Origin: Haloferax volcanii DS2
GTDB lineage: Archaea > Halobacteriota > Halobacteria > Halobacteriales > Haloferacaceae
Assembly: GCF_000025685.1 (NCBI RefSeq)
Contig: NC_013967.1
Span: 210,001 to 242,000, forward strand
Reading direction: 5' to 3'
Length of the DNA stretch: 32,000 nucleotides
Made by a program: the position numbers and the translations under genes. A model generated the notes under the pieces. It had not been told where the DNA came from. It ran no database searches and worked only from the letters and a program-made list of their open reading frames with translations. Below, piece by piece: positions 26,308-32,000 of the stretch. The first letter of the stretch is position 1. Every line of letters starts with the position of its first letter.

Positions 26308-26323
26308 GCTTTGTGATGTACTG
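26308..26323. repeat. IS right terminal inverted repeat
   Basis: GCTTTGTGATGTACTG, whose rc is CAGTACATCACAAAGC. There is one mismatch to the left IR. Confidence 0.8.
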
Positions 26324-26332
26324 AGACTAATT

Positions 26333-26932
26333 ATGGTCAACCGTGGTACCGTTCAGCGAATACGTAGTTTTGGTCCTATCCGGATTGTCACTTCATTTGA
26401 GGTTATCGGGGCAGCTCTACTTACAGCGATTGCTCGGTGTTCTTTTTCAGGTAGTTTTCAACCGGATGGGATGTCTAGTTTTGTAGCTGCAGCAACTGGT
26501 ATATCTTCATCCCTCATTGCAGTTGTCCTCACGGGAATCGCAATTCTAGTTTCCTTGTCTAGTGAACAGTTCCTATCCTTTCTACGGGAACAAGATATTT
26601 ATGATAGAATTATGTTCGTGTTTGAATATACCGTCGCACTCGCGATTATAACGTCATTATTGGGGTCAATACTGCAGACTGTAGAATATTCTGAGTACAT
26701 GTTTTGGATATTTGTATTCTTCTTCATCTATCTACTTCTAAGTACTATGCAAATCGTATCTACTATAATTGAGTATGGGGACAAGATTGGTGAGTTCAGC
26801 AAGGCTAATAATTTTGAACCAAATGAAGATCTGAAAAAAGATATGCAAGATCTGATTCAGGAGCATGGTAATTTCGACGAGGACGATAATCAGACACGGA
26901 ATCGTGGCGAGAACGAAAGTGAGAGTGAGTAA
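26333..26932 (+). CDS. Hypothetical four-TM membrane protein with an acidic C-terminal tail
   Basis: AT-rich ORF with an ATG start. Predicted helices: FEVIGAALLTAIARCSF, FVAAATGISSSLIAVVLTGIAILVSL, IMFVFEYTVALAIITSLLGSIL and YMFWIFVFFFIYLLLSTMQIVSTII. The tail, ...DEDDNQTRNRGENESESE, is charged. Confidence 0.65.
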   Translation: MVNRGTVQRIRSFGPIRIVTSFEVIGAALLTAIARCSFSGSFQPDGMSSFVAAATGISSSLIAVVLTGIAILVSLSSEQFLSFLREQDIYDRIMFVFEYTVALAIITSLLGSILQTVEYSEYMFWIFVFFFIYLLLSTMQIVSTIIEYGDKIGEFSKANNFEPNEDLKKDMQDLIQEHGNFDEDDNQTRNRGENESESE

Positions 26933-26933
26933 A

Positions 26934-27194
26934 TCACCTCCACTGACTCTCCAAACTCGTCCGATATCGCATCCCCAACACGGACGTATTGCAACAGTCC
27001 TTCACAGTCTGAGGCGGATACGCATCGCGAACTTCCTCGAGATTTTCGTAGCTCTCGATCAAGTGCGTGAGCGCCGCGTCGATCACATCACTTCGCGGCG
27101 GATCGTCCGACACATCTCGAGCCACGATCTCGCTTGCTTTGTCGAAGAGCAGCTGCCGTTCGTCGGTCAACTTCAGGCTGGTTCGTTTGGTCAT
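26934..27194 (-). CDS. Hypothetical protein, possible ribbon-helix-helix (CopG-like) N-terminus
   Basis: MTKRTSLKLTDERQLLFDKASEIV has the strand-helix pattern of RHH proteins. ATG start. The gene is convergent with the 4-TM gene, 1 nt apart. The assignment is tentative. Confidence 0.45.
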   Translation of the reverse strand: MTKRTSLKLTDERQLLFDKASEIVARDVSDDPPRSDVIDAALTHLIESYENLEEVRDAYPPQTVKDCCNTSVLGMRYRTSLESQWR

Positions 27195-27480
27195 TTATGA
27201 ATCACCGTATGCACCGGGGGTCGATTTGCGTGCATCTCGAGTGAACGAGCCTCGGTTCTTCTTATACTGGGGGTGACCCATGACCGCGACCGTGCCGGCC
27301 ACTTGGTCGAATCGGCCTGAATCTATGCACGGTACTCGCCGTCGACGGCGGTGAAGGTGCATACATCGAGGATGGCGTATACATTCACGCCTGACCCCAT
27401 GGGGGCGAGATTGAGAAGGGGTCTGCACGGGGCTACTCGCCGTCCGAACGCTTATCCTCTGAGACCGATTCGAATTCAGT

Positions 27481-27741
27481 ATGGCTAGTGCGACCCGTGA
27501 TGATAACGGCGAGGAGGGCGTCGAGTTCATCCACGAGGATGACGGCAGTATCACCGCCCGAGACATCGAGACGGGGATCGCATCCTTCGGCGAGACGAAG
27601 TCTGAGGCGCTTCGGATGCTCTCGGAGGCGCTTCTGCTGCACGAAGGGGGTGGCGAACCCGTCACGGACGAAGATCTCGAGGAGTTGGGACTCGATACTG
27701 ACGAGTTCGACGATCGAGAGCTTCCGGACTTCATGCAGTAA
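27481..27741 (+). CDS. hicB: HicB-family antitoxin
   Basis: IHEDDGSITARDIETGIASFGETKSEALRMLSEALLLH matches the HicB/UPF0150 N-terminal fold pattern. The tail is acidic, and the gene lies directly upstream of a HicA-like ORF. Confidence 0.75.
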   Translation: MASATRDDNGEEGVEFIHEDDGSITARDIETGIASFGETKSEALRMLSEALLLHEGGGEPVTDEDLEELGLDTDEFDDRELPDFMQ

Positions 27742-27742
27742 C

Positions 27743-27988
27743 GTGGCGCGAACGACCTTCTCCGGCCGGGAAGTCGTGAAGGCGTTAACCCGTCATGACT
27801 TCGAACCCGCTGGCCGAACCGGGAGCCACGTTCAGCTGCGGTACGAACATCCAGAGACTGACGAAGTCCGAACGGTAACCGTACCGATGAAGTCAGACAT
27901 CCCGACCGGAACGCTTCAGTCCATCGCCAAGCAGTCCGGCGCGAAGGATTTCCACTCGTGGTGCGAGTGGATCGAACAGACGCTGTAA
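27743..27988 (+). CDS. hicA: HicA-family mRNA interferase toxin
   Basis: The GTG at 27743 lies 1 nt after the hicB stop. ...GREVVKALTRHDFEPAGRTGSHVQLRY...TVPMKSDIPTGTLQSIAKQSG is the HicA/YcfA signature (GSH...VP.H/K...GTL..I.KQ.G). Confidence 0.75.
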   Translation: MARTTFSGREVVKALTRHDFEPAGRTGSHVQLRYEHPETDEVRTVTVPMKSDIPTGTLQSIAKQSGAKDFHSWCEWIEQTL

Positions 27989-27991
27989 CCG

Positions 27992-28198
27992 TCATCGGTG
28001 TGGAATCGATTCCGGGAGTTCTGCGATTCCGCCGTCCGTCACATTTCGAACCACGTACACGCCTTCGTCGAGACGCTGTACGTGCATCTGTTTCCCCTCC
28101 GGTGCTGTACCGTTCTCGAGAACACCATCCATCTCTAACTCATTTTTATCCAGCGCGATCAGCGGCGTCCCATCGTGATTTCGAAGTTTTCTGAACAT
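27992..28198 (-). CDS. Hypothetical small protein (68 aa), possibly AbrB/SpoVT-like
   Basis: ATG at 28198 inside track ORF 27992..28273, which opens with TTG. MFRKLRNHDGTPLIALDKNELEMDGVL...VQRLDEGVYVVR loosely resembles a swapped-hairpin barrel. Weak call. Confidence 0.35.
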   Translation of the reverse strand: MFRKLRNHDGTPLIALDKNELEMDGVLENGTAPEGKQMHVQRLDEGVYVVRNVTDGGIAELPESIPHR

Positions 28199-28328
28199 CG
28201 CTACCGCGGTCGGCCACCCGCCTGTACTTAATCCTTCGGACGGGGTGAGAATCTCAATAGGACCACGCACCAAATCCTCCGGAATTCCTGAATGTTATTG
28301 CACAACGGGTAGCCGCCGTCTTCGTATC

Positions 28329-28736
28329 ATGTCCGTAATGGAGTTCGACCCGGAGGACGCCGCGGCGCTCGTCGCGACGTTCATCGGGACGACGGCAATG
28401 GCAGGAATCGCATCGTGGTCGCTGTTCGACGTGACGCTCTCAGACGTGGCGTTCCAACTCGCGGGCAACGACGTGACGCTGGCGACGCTCCTCACGTTGG
28501 GCGCGCTCGGCGTCACCATCCTCACGAACGACAACGCCGAGTTATCCACCCTGCACCAGCAGGCGAAGGACCTCGACAACTACTACTACTACAGCATCGT
28601 CGCCTCGGTCGGCCTGTTGGTCGGCTGGGTCTTCTTCGGTGACGTGAGTTCGTTCGTGCAGTCGCAGGACCTCTGGGGCGTCGGCTACGTCGCTGTGAGT
28701 CTCACCGCGCAGATGGCGATCGGGTGGATGCTATGA
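28329..28736 (+). CDS. Membrane protein (135 aa, about 4 TM), first gene of the envelope-protein operon
   Basis: ATG at 28329. Predicted helices: AALVATFIGTTAMAGIASW, LATLLTLGALGVTIL, YYSIVASVGLLVGWVFF and GVGYVAVSLTAQMAIGW. A TATA-like gttatt lies at 28294-28299. Confidence 0.6.
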   Translation: MSVMEFDPEDAAALVATFIGTTAMAGIASWSLFDVTLSDVAFQLAGNDVTLATLLTLGALGVTILTNDNAELSTLHQQAKDLDNYYYYSIVASVGLLVGWVFFGDVSSFVQSQDLWGVGYVAVSLTAQMAIGWML

Positions 28737-28948
28737 ACCTCGATCTCGACGACCTCGATCTCGAAACGGTTGCAATCATCGGTGCGGGCGTCGGTTCGCT
28801 CGATGCCGGACTGTCGGCCGCGACTGACATCACGCTCCTGTCTGATCTCCTCGGTGGAAGCCTCGAAACCGGACTTATCGCTGTCGGCGCGGCTGGTGGT
28901 GTCGTGATCGCGGACAAGCTCGGACTCGTTGAGGTGTTCGAGTCGTGA
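28733..28948 (+). CDS. Small Gly/Ala-rich protein (71 aa)
   Basis: ATGA overlap with the upstream gene (28733-28736). Sequence: MNLDLDDLDLETVAIIGAGVGSLDAGL...GLIAVGAAGGVVIADKL. Confidence 0.45.
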   Translation: MNLDLDDLDLETVAIIGAGVGSLDAGLSAATDITLLSDLLGGSLETGLIAVGAAGGVVIADKLGLVEVFES

Positions 28949-29475
28949 GGCGCGGCCGCGCAACCCTCGCGCTCGTCGGTCTTTTGGTCGCAGCTGTTGC
29001 CGCAGTCGCCTTCGTCGGTCTCGGTGCGGCGACCGTGACGACCGACTCGGCCAACTTCACGAGCGTCGGCAACGACTCGCTCGCGAACCAGACCATCGAC
29101 GTGACGAACGACACGCGGAGTCTCTACGTTGAGTTGGACAACGACACCGCGACTGCCTCCGAACCCGTCGAAGTCGCGGTCTTCGAAGTCGATGCTGACG
29201 GTAACGAGACCGAAGTCGACCGCGTGCAGATCTCTGCAGCGGACGGGACAACCGAACTCTACGAGTTCGATGCCCTCGACCCGACGAACGTCTCGACCTA
29301 CCGCGTCGAAGTGCTCGGGACTGCGTCGGCGATTGACTCGTCTGCCCTCGACGTGGGGACGGTCGCGGCAGTCTCGTCCGGTGGTGGCTTCCTCGGCGGC
29401 TCGTCCGGTGGTATCGGAATCGGTGCGATTGCAGTCGTCGGAATCGGCGGCTATCTCGCGCTCAAGGAGGACTGA
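28945..29475 (+). CDS. Secreted, C-terminally anchored glycoprotein candidate (176 aa)
   Basis: GTGA overlap with the upstream gene. It has an N-terminal signal/anchor (MRRGRATLALVGLLVAAVAAVAFVG). I counted 7 N-x-S/T sequons (NFT, NDS, NQT, NDT, NDT, NET, NVS). A Gly-rich stretch, GGSSGGIGIG, precedes the C-terminal TM. Confidence 0.65.
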   Translation: MRRGRATLALVGLLVAAVAAVAFVGLGAATVTTDSANFTSVGNDSLANQTIDVTNDTRSLYVELDNDTATASEPVEVAVFEVDADGNETEVDRVQISAADGTTELYEFDALDPTNVSTYRVEVLGTASAIDSSALDVGTVAAVSSGGGFLGGSSGGIGIGAIAVVGIGGYLALKED

Positions 29476-29481
29476 CCCCTG

Positions 29482-31095
29482 ATGCTCCGACTTGCATCGA
29501 CCTACGCCGCCGTTGGTCTCTCGGTGGCCGCCGCCTACCTCGCCGGGGTCCACGGCGACCACCATGCCGCCGCCATCGTCGCCGCGGTCGCTGTCCTCTT
29601 CGTCGCGCTTCGACTCTCGTTCGGTGATGTGCTTCGGCTCGGCGCGCTCGATGCCGACCGGGTCAAGGTCAAGGCTCGACAACTCGGCACGCTCGCCGCC
29701 GTCAGCCTCGTCGTGACAACCGTGGCCACGAGTGGCGTTGTTCCTGGTGCGTCGCCGGTTGGTGACGCTTCTGCGGAGTGGGTCGACTGCTCGCTGTCCG
29801 ACCCGCTACTCGGCGCGGCGTTCAACACCTTGACCGGCACAGACACCGGCTGTCGCTGGGAGTCCGGCGAGCAAATCGACTATGAGAACGTCTCGAAGAC
29901 TGACGCGTACGCCTCCGCCCTCGGGATTGCTGACGCCTCCGAATCGTACACGACGACGACGAGTAACTTCCTCGAAGACACGCGGTCGGTCGCGTGGTCG
30001 AAGGCGAAAATCACCATCGTTAACGAGCTCAACAACGGCTCGACGGTCAGTCAGGCGAAAGTCGCGGCCAATCAGACAGTCGCGGAGTACTACACCGGCG
30101 TCCAGCGGAACGTGATTGCTGATTGGAACGCGAAGACGTACACACTCGGGTACCTCCACACGGAAAGCGGACTTGCCCTCACTCCAGACGGTTTCTCGCA
30201 CATCACAGAGTGGGACAACAAGACGTACACGCTTTCGGATGGGTCGACGCAGACCCTGCGAGCGATGGACTACTCAACGAATGGAGACTACCACGTGGCC
30301 CCTGAGACGACTATCATGCCACGCTCGACGGCCGACCCCGGTATCACGACTATGGGGTCCATCCAAGCCGAAGACCCGTCGGACGGATCTACGACTCACG
30401 TTCTTAGTGCGGTGGCCTACGCCGAGATTCTCGACAACACCTACAATCAGTCAAATCAGATTCAGGCGAACGTCGACGAGTACGCTGATGATGCGTACGC
30501 GCAGTACCAAGCGGGCGACATCAACACGAGCGACCTGCTCGACCCGACAACGATTGCCTCGCAAGCGGCGACTGATTACAACTCGACGGGGTACTACTCG
30601 TTTGCCGCTGTGCAACTCGCGTCGCTCGGTGCGTCGGGCGACCTCAACGCCTCGCACACTATCGAGACGGGCGACGGTACGACGCTCAACGGGACGCTCT
30701 ACTACACAGGCGACGACGCGCCTGCCGGTGGTTGGGTGACTAATGAGACGTACACCGTTTCGAACTTTAGCGGGACGTTCTACGTGGCCGCCCAACAGCA
30801 GGACGGAAACGGGAGTATCGTCGACCTCTCGACCTACGAGAATTTCACAATCGTCGACGCGGTCAACACCCGGACAGGTGAGTCGCTGAACGCGACGCAA
30901 CCCGAGACGTACATCTACGACTCGACGAACGCAAGCGCCCTCGCGGACGAAATTGATCGGCTTCGTGATCTTCGCGCAGAGTACGAGCAGGCCGGCGGTT
31001 CCGGTGGCGGCGGTGGAATCGGAATCGGAACTGAGGACCGCCTTATCATCGCCGGTGCGATCGTTGCGCTCATCCTCGTCGCTACCCGGAACTGA
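29482..31095 (+). CDS. Large membrane-anchored surface glycoprotein (537 aa), candidate spike/fusogen-like protein
   Basis: The ATG is preceded by the SD-like AAGGAGGA at 29464-29471. Hydrophobic N-terminal segments are followed by a ~430-aa ectodomain with about 15 N-x-S/T sequons and only two Cys (CSLSD...GCRW). It ends in GGSGGGGGIGIG plus a C-terminal TM (LIIAGAIVALILVATRN). An alternative in-frame GTG at 29629 would give a classical signal peptide. Confidence 0.7.
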   Translation: MLRLASTYAAVGLSVAAAYLAGVHGDHHAAAIVAAVAVLFVALRLSFGDVLRLGALDADRVKVKARQLGTLAAVSLVVTTVATSGVVPGASPVGDASAEWVDCSLSDPLLGAAFNTLTGTDTGCRWESGEQIDYENVSKTDAYASALGIADASESYTTTTSNFLEDTRSVAWSKAKITIVNELNNGSTVSQAKVAANQTVAEYYTGVQRNVIADWNAKTYTLGYLHTESGLALTPDGFSHITEWDNKTYTLSDGSTQTLRAMDYSTNGDYHVAPETTIMPRSTADPGITTMGSIQAEDPSDGSTTHVLSAVAYAEILDNTYNQSNQIQANVDEYADDAYAQYQAGDINTSDLLDPTTIASQAATDYNSTGYYSFAAVQLASLGASGDLNASHTIETGDGTTLNGTLYYTGDDAPAGGWVTNETYTVSNFSGTFYVAAQQQDGNGSIVDLSTYENFTIVDAVNTRTGESLNATQPETYIYDSTNASALADEIDRLRDLRAEYEQAGGSGGGGGIGIGTEDRLIIAGAIVALILVATRN

Positions 31096-31128
31096 CCGTT
31101 TCGACCACTCTACCAACCTTTCACACTC

Positions 31129-31704
31129 ATGCGCAGAACCATCATCACGCTCGTGATCCTCATCGCAGTCGTATCGCCCGCGCTCGTCGGCACGGTCGCC
31201 GCGCAAGAATCGACGAACTCCACGACGACCACCGCGCCGTCGACCACGCCCGAAGCAACTCAGACTATCGAACTCTCTCCGACGACGCGAATCAAATCGT
31301 GGTCGTTCTCGAATGGGACGTTCTCGCTCGTCGTCGAGGCTGACATCCCGACACGGATCGCCATCACCGACGCTGGTGAACTCTCTCGGATTCTTTCCGA
31401 GGGAGACGGTGCAGCTGCCGGGAAAGCCCGCGTCCGGCGCATGACCTTGACCCCCGGAACGACCGTCGTCAAGTTCCGCGCCGAATCGGTCGGTGACGCG
31501 TCGGCAATCACCGTCTCCTCGTCGAACGCAGACGGTATCGTTGCTATCCGCTCCGACGCGATCAAGACTGGAAACCCGCCCGTCGAGTACGGAACGGTCC
31601 AGACGCTTCTCGCGTCGACGGCGGTCGCCGCGGCCGGTGGGACCTTCCTGTGGGTTCGCAAGAAGCGCAACGAGAAGCAGCTGGAGGTTGAGCGGGAATG
31701 GTGA
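31129..31704 (+). CDS. Secreted, C-terminally anchored protein (191 aa)
   Basis: Sec-type signal (MRRTIITLVILIAVVSPALVGTVAAQE), a Thr-rich linker ([17 protein letters not shown]), and a C-terminal TM followed by a basic stop-transfer (LLASTAVAAAGGTFLWVRKKRNEK). Confidence 0.65.
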   Translation: MRRTIITLVILIAVVSPALVGTVAAQESTNSTTTTAPSTTPEATQTIELSPTTRIKSWSFSNGTFSLVVEADIPTRIAITDAGELSRILSEGDGAAAGKARVRRMTLTPGTTVVKFRAESVGDASAITVSSSNADGIVAIRSDAIKTGNPPVEYGTVQTLLASTAVAAAGGTFLWVRKKRNEKQLEVEREW

Positions 31705-32000
31705 ACGACTGGGTGAAGCTCGGCGCTGTGGGCGCTGTTTTCGCCTACTTCGGCGGGTACCAATTCCCCGAGTGGGCACCACTCGCCGCGTCCGGTCTCG
31801 TCATCGCTGGAATCGGTGCGCTGTTCGCGACGGGGAAGATCAACGATCTCCTCCCCGACCCACCGCGGGTGCGTCTCGTGCAGGTGAACGCGAACAGCGA
31901 CGACCCGCTGGCGTGCTGGTCTCTGTCTCCGGACAAGTTCGCAGAGATGCAGGTCGAGTGGGGCCCGCTGTATCCACACGAGCAGGCTCACGGCGATGTG
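31698..32000 (+). CDS. Membrane protein, N-terminal fragment (continues beyond the window)
   Basis: ATG at 31698 overlaps the upstream stop (ATGGTGA). Manual translation gives MVNDWVKLGAVGAVFAYFGGYQFPEWAPLAASGLVIAGIGALFATGKINDLLPDPPRVRLVQVN... with two TM helices. The frame stays open to the window end. Confidence 0.55.
   Translation, partial: MVNDWVKLGAVGAVFAYFGGYQFPEWAPLAASGLVIAGIGALFATGKINDLLPDPPRVRLVQVNANSDDPLACWSLSPDKFAEMQVEWGPLYPHEQAHGDV

Larger units (their letters stand above)
24926..26323 (-). mobile_element. ISH3-family insertion sequence (1398 bp)
   Basis: 16-bp terminal inverted repeats with 15/16 identity: CAGTACCTCACAAAGC (24926-24941) and the rc of GCTTTGTGATGTACTG (26308-26323). 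They are flanked by a 5-bp direct duplication AGACT (24921-24925 and 26324-26328). The IS has a single DDE transposase gene, and its size and duplication length fit the ISH3 family. Confidence 0.8.
21332..32000. mobile_element. Integrated mobile element / provirus-like island (left arm; the right end is outside the window)
   Basis: Gene content switches from housekeeping to integrase, Cys-rich micro-proteins, PhiH1-repressor-like wHTH genes, AT-rich cargo, an IS, HicBA, and a membrane-glycoprotein operon. The exact left junction inside 21332-21537 is not determined. Confidence 0.65.

Noticed and set aside
27195-27280. 28-aa minus-strand ORF (MGHPQYKKNRGSFTRDARKSTPGAYGDS) ending in a TAA directly abutting the ATG of the RHH-like gene
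   Set aside because: The abutment is tempting as a coupled leader peptide. However, the ORF has no GC3 bias, no motif and no promoter-distance support. I left it unannotated.
28945-29040. MRRGRATLAL... as a Tat signal or a type IV pilin (class III) signal
   Set aside because: The twin-Arg is not followed by the x-F-L-K-like consensus. There is no [KR]G followed by [AQS] prepilin cleavage context. I annotated it only as a generic signal/anchor.
30451-31782. 443-aa minus-strand ORF across the envelope operon
   Set aside because: It is an Arg-rich antisense ORF. The plus-strand frames give coherent signal peptides, TM anchors and start/stop coupling.

Overview
High-GC haloarchaeal chromosome window. 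Gene content and protein sequences look Haloferax-like, which is an inference from reading the translations. Positions 1 to about 21.3 kb are an ordinary, tightly packed housekeeping region. It carries prs, trm1, YihY, PAP2, the divergent glnA/lrp pair, an M29 aminopeptidase, threonine aldolase, CDF, PiT, CNNM/CorC, glutaredoxin plus a redoxin, Sua5/TsaC, a stand-alone Cas4-like nuclease and a membrane-fused spermidine-synthase-like protein. Most long Arg/Pro/Gly-rich ORFs in the six-frame track are off-frame shadows of these genes. From about 21.4 kb to the window end lies one arm of an integrated mobile element or provirus-like island. (1) A tyrosine integrase is the last gene of a four-gene operon whose members are joined by ATGA overlaps; the three genes upstream encode Cys-rich micro-proteins. 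(2) A divergent switch region holds a 26-bp palindrome over a TATA-like core, followed by two tandem PhiH1-repressor-like wHTH paralogs. (3) A visibly AT-rich two-gene cargo cassette encodes a soluble acidic protein (native length 280 aa) and a 199-aa four-TM protein. An ISH3-family IS has split it exactly at the stop/start junction (16-bp IRs, 5-bp AGACT duplication). (4) A small RHH / HicB-HicA / AbrB-like cluster follows. (5) A tightly coupled operon of membrane and heavily N-glycosylation-sequon-rich secreted proteins includes a 537-aa C-terminally anchored protein and runs off the window. The two best candidates for something undescribed are the AT-rich soluble-plus-4TM cassette and the envelope-protein operon. 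The cassette sits downstream of repressor genes in a Rex-like architecture and could act in abortive infection or superinfection exclusion. The operon could encode a pleolipovirus-like spike or fusogen. Both proposals rest on architecture, not demonstrated homology. I found no rRNA, tRNA or CRISPR array.
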